From assembly GCA_002269645.1 (NCBI GenBank), contig NIVC01002634.1, positions 5,149 to 69,148 of the forward strand: a stretch of 64,000 nt of DNA, in the 5' to 3' direction. This DNA is from Macrostomum lignano (taxonomy: Eukaryota). The notes beneath the pieces were generated by a model. The model was not told the DNA's origin, searched no databases, and was given only the letters and a program-made list of their open reading frames with translations. Numbering within the stretch: the first letter of the stretch is position 1; every line of letters starts with the position of its first letter. Of this stretch, positions 26,533 to 38,220 are shown in pieces. The position numbers were made by a program, and so were the translations under genes.

Positions 26533-29365
26533 CTTCCTGTTCTCAGTCACACTTCCTGTTCTCTGTCACTCCCTTCCTGTTCTCTGTCACTCCCTTCCTG
26601 TTCTCTTTCACTCCCTTCCTGTTCTCTGTCACTTTTTCCTGTTCTCTGTCACTCTTTTCCTGTTCTCTGTCACTCTCTTCCTGTTCTTTGTCACTCCCTT
26701 CCTGTTCTCTGTCACTCTCTTCTTGTTCTCTGTCACTCTTCCTGTTCTCTGTCACTTTTTCCTGTTCTCTGTCACTCTTTTCCTGTTCTCTGTCACTCCC
26801 TTCCTGTTCTCTGTCACTCTCTTCCTGTTCTCTGTCACTCCCTTCCTTTTCTCTGTCACTCTCTTCATGTGCTCTGTCATTCTCTTCCTGTTCTCTGTCG
26901 CTCCCTTCCTGTTCTCTGTCACTCCCTTCCTGTTCTCACTCCCTTCCTGTTCTCTGTCACTCTCTGCCTGTTCGTTCTCTGTCACTCTTTTTCAGTTCTC
27001 TGTCACACTTCCTGTTCTCTGTCACTCTCTTCCTGTTGAATGTTACTTTCTTCCTGTTTAAAGACGGCCTTGTTTTCCTTTTTAGAATGGATTAGAAAAC
27101 AGAAAGGAAGTGACAGAGAACAGGAAGAGAGTGACAAAAAACAGAAAGAGAGTGACAGACAACAGGAAGGGAGTGACAGAGAACAGGAAGAGAGTGACAG
27201 AGAACAGGAAGAGAGTGACAGAGAACAGGAAGGGAGTGACAGAGAACAGAAAGGGAGTGAAAACGTGTGTCACATCTGTCGCTAAGCAGAGATTGTCACA
27301 CATGTGTCACAGTGGCAGCACTAATTTTCCTGTTTATTAACTAAGCAGACTTTTCAAAAGCAACAAAGTTGTTTTCTCTAACTAGCAGAGGTAGCCCAGC
27401 TGAGTGAGGCATTGATGGAATAAAATGGGATTTTTTGTGCCTTGCATTTGTCTGCCGAAATCCTGATTACTTTTAACGAAAGAAAAATTGTTTGGCTCTC
27501 TGCACCTGCACCTGAATAATTGCTGTTATGCTACTCCGCTTGGGATGCCTACACGATGGGGAGAAATCGTTGCTGCGCGTGGCGAAGGAAATAGCGACTG
27601 GTAGTTTTTGTGGAATTGTGCAACTCTGCTTCTGGTAGTTCTGAGGGGAATTGTGCAACTGTGCTTCTGGTAGTTCTGAAAGGAATTGTGCAGCTCTGCT
27701 TCTGATAGTACTGAGGAGTATTGTACACCTCTGCTTCTGGTAGTTCTGAGGGGAATGGTGCAACTCTGCTTCTGGTAGTTCTGAGGGGAATTGTGCAACT
27801 CTGCTTCTGGTAGTTCTGAGAGGAATTGTGCAACTTTGCTTCTGGTAGTTCTGAGGGGAATTGTGCAACTCTGCTTCTGGTAGTTCTGAGAGGAATTGTG
27901 CAACTTTGCTTCTGTTAGTTCTGAGGGGAATTGTGCAACTCTGCTTCTGGTAGTTCTGAGAGGAACTGAGCAACTCTGCTTCTGGTAGTTCTGAGGGGAA
28001 TTGTGGAGCTGGGCTTCTGGTAGTTCTGAGGGGAATTGTGCAACTCTGCTTCTGGTAGTTCTGAAGAGTTCATTCCTCATTCTCTTCCTGTTCTCAGTCA
28101 CACTTCCTGTTCTCTGTCACTCCCTTCCTGTTCTCTGTCACTCCCTTCCTGTTCTCTTTCACTCCCTTCCTGTTCTCTGTCACTTTTTCCTGTTCTCTGT
28201 CACTCTTTTCCTGTTCTCTGTCACTCTCTTCCTGTTCTTTGTCACTCCCTTCCTGTTCTCTGTCACTCTCTTCTTGTTCTCTGTCGCTCTTTCTGTTCTC
28301 TGTCACTTTTTCCTGTTCTCTGTCACTCTTTTCCTGTTCTCTGTCACTCCCTTCCTGTTCTCTGTCACTCTCTTCCTGTTCTCTGTCACTCCCTTCCTTT
28401 TCTCTGTCACTCTCTTCATGTGCTCTGTCATTCTCTTCCTGTTCTCTGTCGCTCCCTTCCTGTTCTCTGTCACTCCCTTCCTTTTCTCACTCCCTTTCTG
28501 TTCTCTGTCACTCTCTTCCTGTTCGTTCTCTGTCACTCTTTTTCAGTTCTCTGTCACACTTCCTGTTCTCTGTCACTCTCTTCCTGTTGAATGTTACTTT
28601 CTTCCTGTTTAAAGACGGCCTTGTTTTCTTTTTTAGAATGGATTAGAAAACAGAAAGGAAGTGACAGAGAACAGGAAGAGAGTGACAGAAAACAGAAATA
28701 GAGTGACAGAGAACAGAAAAAGAGTGACAGAGAACAGGAAGAGAGTGACAGAGAACAGAAAAGGAGCGACAGAGAACAGGAAGAGAGTGACAGAGAACAG
28801 GAAGGGAGTGACAGAGAACGGAAAGGGAGTGACAGAGAAAGGGAAGAGAGTGACAGAGAACAGGAAGGGAGTGACAGAGAACAGGAAGAGAGTGACAGAG
28901 AACAGGAAGAGAGTGACAGAGAACAGGATGGGAGCGACAGAGAACAGGAGGGGAGTGACAGAGAACGGAAAGGAAGCGTCAGAGAACAGGAAAAGAGTGA
29001 CAGAGAACAGGAAGAGAGTGACAGAGAACAGGAAGGGAGTGACAGAGAGCAGGAAGAGAATGACGGAGAATATGAAGAGAGTGACAGAGAACAGGGAGAG
29101 AGTGACAGAGAACAGAAAAAGAGTGACAGAGAACAGGAAGGGAGTGACAGAGAACAAGAAGAGAGTGACAGAGAACAGGAAGAGAGTGACAGAGAACAGG
29201 AAGAGAGTGACAGAGAACAGGAAGGGAGTGACAGAGAGCAGGAAGAGAATGACGGAGAATATGAAGAGAGTGACAGAGAACAGGGAGAGAGTGACAGAGA
29301 ACAGAAAGGGAGCGACAGAGAACAGGAAGGGAGTGACAGAGAACAGGAAGAGAGTGACAGAGATT

Positions 29366-30142
29366 TGCAGTTCAACGTACTAGGCGTCTCGTCAGCAGCA
29401 CCTGCCGGGCTTGGTTGGTTCAGGGAGGGCTGAGTTAGCCTCTCGTAGGCTTGAGGTTGGGCTTTAGTGGGGTCTCAGTCAGACCAGTACAAGCAGATTC
29501 AGTGTACGCAAAGGGCACTTAGTTAGACACTGACGCACACGGGAGCTTAGTGGATTCTCCGCAGATAAGAAGCCTCCTTGACGGAAACAAGGGGAGAGGG
29601 GTCCTATTTATAGCCGGGAGACACCCACGCACAAGACCTCGTGACTCGTTCTATTTTTAGAACTGACGTCACTTGGGGTCTCGGGCAGGGTCTCAGTGCG
29701 CGCAAGACCTCGTGACTCGTTCTATTTTTAGAACTGACGTCACTTGAGGTCTCCGGCCAGAGTACACGCGGCTGTGACTCAGTTGCTATTTTTAGCAACA
29801 TGAGTCACTCCTCTCCTTAGAGAAGGGAGAGGTCCGAAAGCACGTGATTCTCCCGGTAAACAGGGCCAACGAGTGCAGTAAACATGTTTACTGCACTTTA
29901 AGACTCCAAGAACGCAAGATCTGTCATGTGAGCAAAACGGGACGGGAACGAAACAGAAACAGCCTACAGCAGAGAAGCTGAGGGCTGAGAACAGAGACGC
30001 AGAAGGGCAGAACAGGCCAAGGACAGCAACAGACGGACAAGGGGGCGGGAAGCTGACCAGCGGCAGACAGCAACCCAGGGCGAGGGCGAGGGAGACTGCT
30101 GACAAAGGGGCCCGCCAAACACTAAACTAGCGGCTCACTACA
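29366..30142 (-). mobile_element. Solo LTR, 777 bp, no TSD
   Basis: Minus strand TGTAG...CTGCA termini; TATAAATA at 29612-29605; 71-bp tandem duplication, each copy with TGACGTCA (29664, 29735); flanks are two different satellites. Confidence 0.65.
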
Positions 30143-30554
30143 CAATCCTCACTTTGAGTTCCCTAATCCTTACTTTGAGTTCCCTAATCCTTACTTTGAG
30201 TTCCCTAATCCTCACTTTTAGTTCCCTATTCCTCACTTTGAGTTCCCCTAATCCTCACTTTTAGTTCCCTAATCCTCACTTTGAGTTCCCTAATCCTCAC
30301 TTTGAGTTCCCTAATCCTCCCTTTGAGTTCCCTAATCCTCCCTTTTAGTCCTCCTAATCCTCACTTTGAGTTCCCTTATCCCACTTTGAGTTCTCTAATC
30401 CTCAATATGAGTTTCCCAATTCTCACTTTGAGTTTTATAACACTCATTTCGAGTTTAAGAAGCTCAATTCGAATCCCTAAAGTAAATTCTAGTTAAAAAT
30501 TATATTTAAGTACATCTCAGTCCCACACTTGCAGCCTCATCAATTCAGCCTCAC

Positions 30555-30715
30555 TTCAACATCCGTCTCTGCCCGACGTTCTCGGCGCCGCGGCACGGAA
30601 CCCCGCCGGGTCCGGTGACCAGACGAGCCTCCAGGCCCTTCTCGGCTGCCCGGGTCTCAAACTCCACCAGCTCATCAGGACAGAGGTTTCGAAATCCCGG
30701 CATGCAGATGGCGGA
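30555..30715 (-). CDS. lin-28: Lin-28 copy B, second CSD exon
   Basis: Splice sites intact; 2 substitutions versus 9313-9473, both synonymous (CTG>TTG, CTT>CTG). Confidence 0.8.
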
Positions 30716-31588
30716 CTTGATGGAGATTCAAGAGGGTTGCTGTTACATTTGGTGGAACTCAAAGATGTACCAGTGAAATAGCAACCAAAACTACTCAAGA
30801 AAACCACATAGCGACTAAACCTACTGAAAGAAACTCCATTGCAACCAAAACTACTCAAGAAAACCACATAGCGACTAAACCTACTGAAAGAAACTCCATT
30901 GCAACCAAAACTACTCAAGAAAACCACATAGCGACTAAATCTACTGAAAGAAACTCCATTGCAACCAAAACTACTCAAGAAAACCACATAGCGACTAAAC
31001 CTACTGAAAGAAACTCCATTGCAACCAAAACTACTCAAGAAAACCACATAGCGACTAAACCTACTGAAAGAAACTCCATTGCAACCAAAACTACTCAAGA
31101 AAACCACATAGCGACTAAACCTACTGAAAGAAACTCCATTGCAACCAAAACTACTCAAGAAAACCACATAGCGACTAAATCTACTGAAAGAAACTCCATT
31201 GCAACCAAAACTACTCAAGAAAACCACATAGCGACTAAACCTACTGAAAGAAACTCCATTGCAACCAAACCTACTCAAAAAAACCACATAGCGACTAAAC
31301 CTACTGAAAGAAACTCCATTGCAACCAAAACTACTCAAGGAAGCCCCATAGCAACCATACCTAGTCACGGCTCAAGAAAACAACAGCAATCAAACCTAAT
31401 AAAAAACTACTCAAGGAAAGCCATAACAAGAAAAAACCGACTCAAGAAAACCCCATAGCAACCAAACTTTCTCAAACTTTCCCATAGCAATCAAACCTAA
31501 TACAAAAAACTGAAACGCCACGACAACCAAAACTACTCAACGAAACCCCATAGCAACCGAGGGCTACTCAAGCCCCGCCGCAGCACAC

Positions 31589-31719
31589 CTGATGCACGAA
31601 AACATTCCGACCTCGGTCGTCCGGCAGGATGAAGCCGAAGCCTCGAGCGACATCGAACCACTTGACCTTGCCCGGCCGCCTCACGGAATTAAGTATTTGC
31701 GCCGAAAGTTGAAAATCAT
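31589..31719 (-). CDS. lin-28: Lin-28 copy B, first CSD exon
   Basis: Splice sites intact; 3 substitutions versus 10095-10225, all synonymous (GCC>GCG, AGA>CGA, GTC>GTT). Confidence 0.8.
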
Positions 31720-34373
31720 CTACAAAGACGCGAGTGCACAGATCTGTGGCGATTTCAGGCAATAATTTGGTGTAATAAAATCTGTTTTGTCGGCTACAGA
31801 GCACTTACCGAAATTCACCTTAATACTTCCGCTCTTTTGCATTGCTGCTAACAACAGATTATAATTTAGATGCAAAAAACCCGGTTGTTTTCTTATTCTA
31901 AAAAAGAAAACCAGGCCGTCTTTTATAGGCAAGCTGCAGCGCTTAAAGACCAATTACCTCAGAACAATTATCCAGTCGCGCTCAGAAGATAGGATTTTTC
32001 CAAACAAATTCCACACTTAATTATCAGGCTCAAGAATATTTTTTAGCAGAGCTTCACCACCTTAAGAAGCACAGCTGCACAATTCCCATCAGAACTACCA
32101 GAAGCACAGCTGCACAACTCCCCTCAGAACTACCAAAAGCACAGCTGCAAAATTCCCATCAGAACTACCAGAAGCAGAGTTGCACAACTCCCCTCAGAAC
32201 TACCAGAAGCAGAGTTGCACAATTTCCCTCAGAGCTACCAGAAGCAGAGTTGCACAATTTCCCTCAGAGCTACCAGAAGCAGAGTTGCACAATACTCCTC
32301 AGAACTACCAGAAGCAGAGTTGCACAATACTCCTCAGAACTACCAGAAGCAGAGTTGCAGAATTCCCCTCAGAAATATGAAAAGCAGAGTTGCACAATTC
32401 CCCTCAGAACTACCAGAAGCAGAGTTGCACAATTTTCCTCAGAACTACCAGAAGCAGAGTTGCACAATTCTCCTCAGAACTACCAGAAGCACAGCTGCAC
32501 AATTCCCCTCAGAACTACCAGAAGCAGAGCTGCACAATTCCCCTCAGAACTACCAGAAGCAGAGTTGCACAATTCTCCTCAGAAATACCAGAAGCAGAGT
32601 TGCACAATTCTCCTCAGAACTACCAGAAGCAGAGCTGCACAATTCCCCTCAGAACTACCAGAAGCACAGCTGCACAATTCCCCTCAGAACTACCAGAAGC
32701 AGAGCTGCACAATTCCCCTCAGAACTACCAGAAGCAGAATTGCACAATTCCCCTCAGAACTACCAGAAGCAGAATTGCACAATTCCCCTCAGAACTACCA
32801 GAAGCAGAATTGCACAATTCCCCTCAGAACTACCAGAAGCAGAGTTGCACAATTCCCCTCAGAACTACCAGAAGCACAGTTGCACAATTCCCCTCAGAAC
32901 TACCAGAAGCAGAGTTGCACAATTCCACAAAAACTACCAGTCGCTATTTTCCTTCGCCACGCGCAGCAACGATTTCTCCCCATTATGTAGGCATCCCAAG
33001 CGGAGTAGCATAACAGCAATTATCGTATTCAGTGCAATTATTCAGGTGCAGGTGCGGAGAGCCAAACAATTTTTCTTTTGTCAAAAGCAATCAGGATTTC
33101 GGCAGACAAATGCAAGGCACAAAAAATCCCATTTTATTCCATCAATGCCTCACTCAGCTGGGCTACCTCTGCTAGTTAGAGAAAATAACTTTGTTGCTTT
33201 TGCAAAGTCTGCTTAGTTAATAAACAGGAAATTTAGTGCTGCCACTGTGACACATGTGTGACAATCTCTGCTTAGCGACAGATGTGACACACGTTTTCAC
33301 TCCCTTTCTGTTCTCTGTCACTCCCTTCCTGTTCTCTGTCACTCTCTTCCTGTTCTCTGTCACTCCCTTTCTGTTCTCTGTCACTCTCCCTGTTCTCTGT
33401 CACTCCCTTCCTGTTCTCTGTCACTCTCTTCCTGTTCTCTGTCACTCCCTTCCTGTTCTCTGTCACTCTCTTCCTGTTCTCTGTCGCTCCCTTTCTGTTC
33501 TCTGTCACTCTCCCTGTTCTCTGTCACTCCCTTCCTGTTCTCCGTCATTCCCTTCCTGTTCTCTGTCACTCTCTTCCTGTTCTCTGTCACTCCCTTCCTG
33601 TTCTCTGTCACTCCCTTCCTGTTCTCTGTCACTCTCTTCCTGTTCTCTGTCACTCCCTTCCTGTTCTCTGTCACTCTCTTCATGTTCTCTGTCATTCTCT
33701 TCCTGTTCTCTGTCACTCCCTTCCTGTTCTCTGTCGCTCCCTTCCTGTTCTCTGTCACTCCCTTCCTGTTCTCTGTCGCTCCCTTCCTGTTCTCTGTCAC
33801 TCTCTTCCTGTTCTCCGTCATTCCCTTCCTGTTCTCTGTCACTCTCTTCCTGTTCTCTGTCACTCCCTTCCTGTTCTCTGTCACTCCCTTCCTGTTCTCT
33901 GTCACTCTCTTCCTGTTCTCTGTCACTCCCTTCCTGTTCTCTGTCACTCTCTTCATGTTCTCTGTCATTCTCTTCCTGTTCTCTGTCACTCCCTTCCTGT
34001 TCTCTGTCGCTCCCTTCCTGTTCTCTGTCACTCCCTTCCTGTTCTCTGTCGCTCCCTTCCTGTTCTCTGTCACTCCCTTCCTGTTCTCTGTCACTTCCTT
34101 CCTGTTCTCTGTCACTCTCTTCCTGTTCTCTGTCACTCTCTTCCTATTCTCTGACTGTTTTATCCATGCTATCCCATCATGGCTGTTATATTCTATCCAC
34201 CCCTTATCAATTAGTGGCATGGTTTAAGAAAATAAAAGGCGAAAGTCGCAATAGCGAAGAAAGCAATGTTTTTCATCCAGAAACGTCTCAAAATTGGGAC
34301 ATTGCACCATTCAAACTGAGCTAAAGCTAATTATTCATTTTTATTGACTTATTCAATTAGTTCATTCACTATA

Positions 34374-34559
34374 TTAGTGAGTGCCTCTTTCAGACATCGA
34401 CCGGCCGCGGTTACTAACAAGGCAGTTGCTAACGCCACCTCCCAGGGTGCTCTCTGTGAATTCAAAGATCATTTGCTTGACGGTGAGGCCGCCATGGACA
34501 GACACGAAGGTGTCCAACTTGTGATTCACGGCACTCTGGTTGGCCCGTTCCAGGTGCAC
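34374..34559 (-). CDS. Possible terminal exon of an unidentified gene
   Basis: CTCTAG|GTG acceptor, GC-richer island in AT-rich flank, open 61 codons (VHLERANQSAVNHKLDTFVSVHGG...); no family recognised. Confidence 0.25.
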   Translation of the reverse strand: MHLERANQSAVNHKLDTFVSVHGGLTVKQMIFEFTESTLGGGVSNCLVSNRGRSMSERGTH

Positions 34560-34855
34560 CTAGAGAAATCTGTCAGTAAAATATAATTTACGAATACTAC
34601 TTACTAAACTAAGTAATAAGGCCGAATTGAAGGCTCGATTTTTTGCACTAAATAACCAAGCAGCCCTCACCTTCATCATAACTTGAAAGAATAGTTAGGA
34701 ATGCCTTTTGCCTACATCTATTGTTTGACGATAAGCAGATATCATACATGTATTCAGCCTACTAAAAATTTGCGATTAAAACGTTATCAAGGCCAAGAAT
34801 TGTCCCAGACTCACTTCTACGCTCCAGAGTCATTCCAGAGTTGTTACAGGTACAA

Positions 34856-34893
<38 letters not shown>

Positions 34894-35089
34894 GCAACAA
34901 CACCCACCGGACTCTACGTTCGGTCTACAACCTTGTTGTAGCTCCTACTTGGCGCCGCGTTTTTGTCGCGGAGGGGAAACACGCCCAATGGGGGTGTACG
35001 AAGAGCGCCATAACCCGGACACTGCGTCCAGCGAGCGTGATTGTACTGGAAGAGGAGCCCGTATCGGTTTTAACACCGGGGGAGCCAAG

Positions 35090-35158
35090 TATCCGGCCCG
35101 CTACCTCCCCGCTCTTCTGTTGCTCAGGGCCGGCGATGTGGAGACCAACCCGGGGCCT
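35090..35158 (+). other. 2A/StopGo ribosome-skipping peptide YPARYLPALLLLRAGDVETNPG|P
   Basis: Exact D(V/I)ExNPGP (35135-35158) preceded by a Leu-rich helix, upstream of the PHD-like fingers and APE. Confidence 0.88.
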
Positions 35159-37864
35159 GCCAACAGCTGCGGATACGTCAGCTGCGGCCGCCCTCTGCGT
35201 GGCAAGTTCCTCACCTGTGCGAGATGTAACAGCCGCTTCCATCTGCAGAAGGACTGCTCCGGGTTGAGTCGCTGGGCCGCGAACAAGGCCGCGGACGCCC
35301 AGGAATGGCACTGCGCCAATTGCGTGATCAGACCCACCACCCAGACAGACTTGTCGTCCTCTGACCAATCGTCCACCTCTACCTGCCAGCCCACGGAAGA
35401 GCACGCCACCCGCAGGCAAGCCCTGCTCAACCGTATCCGGCAAGAGAAACCTAAATGCAATCATTGTCGGAAACCGATGCGCGTCAGCTCCACCATCGCC
35501 TGCTGCAATGCCTGTGAAGGCTTCTTCCACAACGCCTGCACGCAAGCCTCGCGCGACCAGATCAAAAAAGAAATCAGTCGCGGGCTTTGGAGATGCGGTC
35601 ATTGCACTGAAGCCGCCTGCCTCCAAGGCCCGCCCTCCCCTGAGGACCCTGACCCCACTCCTGCTGGGGGGAGCCACCCGGAAGAGGGGTGGGACTGCAA
35701 GAAACCCGAGCTCAAAATCATTCAATGGAACGCGGACGGGATCAGCAACAAAATGGGGGAGCTTGAGGACCTCGCATCTCGGCTTCAGGCCGACGTTATT
35801 GCGGTTCAAGAGTCGAAGCTCACCTCCTTCAACAAAACCCCCCGCATCCCGGGTTTCAGCACATTCGCAAGGACCGTAGAACCGCCCGCTGCGACCCGAA
35901 CGTAAAAGGCGGCGGCCTGCTCTTCTTTATCCGGCAAGGCATCCCGTTCAATAAACTCCAAGGATGGTCTGGAGGAACCACCGAAGGCTGTAGAATATCG
36001 ATCAGCACCTCGGCCAGACAAAAACTTGTCATCGCCAACATTTACCGCCCCCCCCATCCGGCGCGTGGAAGGCGAAGATCACCGTGAGCACCCCAGTGTC
36101 GATTCCTGGCTCAGATGCTTTCACAGGGAAATCCTGCTTGGTGACCTAGCAGGATGGGTTGGTGATCGGAGCCGAGCTCGGTGAGCGGTTTTCCGCTCAG
36201 AACACACCACACACACTGCCTGGGGCAGCGATCCCAATCAAGGACCTGAAGGTGCAGCACAAGCTCAGTGCCTGGTCGACCGGTGCAACTCCGTGGACTA
36301 CCGCATCCTGAACTCAGGGGAACACACCTGCGTTGACAGGCGCACCGGACGGACTAGTGCCCCCGATCTCACCATCGCTAGCCAATCTGTCGCCGACCTC
36401 TGTAAATGGCAACCGCTCACCGAGCTCGGCTCCGATCACCAACCCATCCTGGTGACCGTCCGGGAATCCCGCGAAACCTCGAAAATCAATGACGGCTCCA
36501 TCAAGAAACAGATTGCCAGGCTCTGCTCGGGCATGCTTAAAGCAGTCAAAGCTGCTATCCCGCTCAAAAAAGTCTCTGCCAAAAACAAGCCATACTGGGA
36601 TGAAGAACTTACCGAAATTCGCGACACTCGGAACCGGCTTAGGGAATCTGGCGCCCATCCTGGCGAGTGGCTCGAAAAAAGTCACGAACTGTCCAAACTC
36701 TGTGCCATTAAGAAAGCCGAATTCTGGAAGGAGTATATCAAGAAAATGTCCGACTCTGCCGACCCAAAACAAGTCTGGAGGACCAATAAGTGCCTCAGCA
36801 ACGGCAAGCAACAAGCTCCTCCCAACGAATCTCTCATTGTTGACGGTCGAGAACTGCGCACCGACAAGAAGAAGGCCAACGCCTTTGGCCGCTATTACCA
36901 AAACATCAGCACTCTGAAACACTCGGCGGCAGACCGCAAGGTCAAAGTGGCCACATCCCGTCGCCTGGCCCAATACTCCACCGACGACGACCTTTACTGC
37001 CGTGACTTCACCCCTGGTGAGCTGGAACGGGCCATTGGCAAACTTGACCCCAGCAAAAAATGCGGTCCCGACGAAATCGAAGCTGCCTTCTTCATCCACC
37101 AGCCGGACTCTTGGATGACGGCCTGGCTGGCCGTCTTCAATCGTTGCTGGCGTACCGGACACTGCCCTGGAGTCTGGAAAAAGGCCGTTATCGTCCCTCT
37201 GCCAAAAGACGGAAAGGACCCCAAAGACCGCGGTAGTTACAGGCCTGTCAGCCTCACCTCCGTCTGCGGGAAGACCCTCGAACGGCTTATCCTCGATCGC
37301 CTCTATCGCTGGCTCGAGCTTCACAACATCATTCAGCCCTGGCAGGCCGGTTTTCAACGCAGTCGCGGCTGTGAAGAGCAAATCGCCCGCCTCGTTCAGT
37401 CTATTCAAGATGGCTGGGAGAAACGCCCGCACCTGAAAACCGTGGCCGTCATCATCGACTGCTCTCGCGCTTTCGACCGTGTTTGGCGCGCTCGCCTTAT
37501 TGGTCGCATGATGGATGAAGGCGTCCCTGCCTGTATGGTGCGTTGGTTCACCAGCTTTCTAGAAGGCAGGCAGATCGCTGTGCGGATCGGCTCCTCGCTT
37601 GGGAAATGGCGCAGACTGAGGGAAGGCGTCCCCCAGGGCGCCGTCAGCTCGCCTGCCCTTTTCCTCCTCTATGTTAACAAGTGGTCCGGCCACACCATGC
37701 CCCTCGTCGACTACAGTGGCTATGCAGACGACCTTGCCCTCTGGAGCACGGGCCGGAACCTCCCGGAAATCCAGGCTCGCCTCCAATCCGCCCTGCAACT
37801 TGTCGAGGAATGGGCCGCTCATCTGCGCATCGACATCAACCCCTCAAAAACTGAGGCATGCCTC

Positions 37865-38220
37865 AGGGGGCCGTAGCCCAGCGGTAGCGCAGCTGCTCTG
37901 GTGTGCCAGCGACCCAGGCTCGATTCCAAGTGCAGTCACATTAATTTGGGACTGAATTGGAATCTCGGCTTGGCTCTGCTCGTGCAATTAACGGCCTTGA
38001 GAGCCAACCGCCCAAGGCGCAGTGAAGTGTACATGACTAAATATAAAGTTAGGGCCGCAGTACACTCCTGTGTGAGTGTGTGCCTGCGTACGTATCCGCG
38101 CGCTTGTATGCCTGCTCAGGGGAGTCGGCGGAATGGGCAGTAATGCCTCTCGCCGGTTGTGTGCCCATGTCGCTTAAAGTGTGCCAGGGTGCACACAACC
38201 CCCCTGCCTCTAAAAAAAAA
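37865..38220 (+). mobile_element. tRNA-headed SINE with a LOA-type 3' structure and A10 tail
   Basis: 12-bp TSD GAGGCATGCCTC (37853-37864, 38221-38232); box A TAGCCCAGCGG 37874-37884; box B GGCTCGATTCC 37917-37927; removing it restores KTEACLFSRD in the Ingi RT frame. Confidence 0.9.

Larger units (their letters stand above)
30143..34150. other. Segmental direct duplication of about 8620-13080 (lin-28 CSD exons, introns and upstream arrays)
   Basis: Same order of 21-mer, exon, 60-mer, exon, 35-mer, X, 21-mer; unique parts near-identical, array copy numbers differ. Confidence 0.93.

Noticed and set aside
34841-34905. Poly-glutamine N-terminus of ORF 34841-35905
   Set aside because: It is the (CAA)n tail or target microsatellite read through from a TTG; the plausible start is the ATG at 34988
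34903-35030. HDV-like ribozyme at the Ingi-like 5' end (GCTCCTACTTGGCGCC resembles HDV L3-P3)
   Set aside because: Several hairpins are present, but I could not build P1, P2 and P3 with valid pairings
34925-37432. Long antisense ORFs over the LINEs (34925-35809, 36314-37432 and similar)
   Set aside because: Expected shadows of GC-rich coding strands; no motifs recognised
37866-37940. Functional tRNA gene
   Set aside because: Boxes A and B are present but there is no 3' acceptor strand or canonical anticodon arm; it is a SINE head with a TSD
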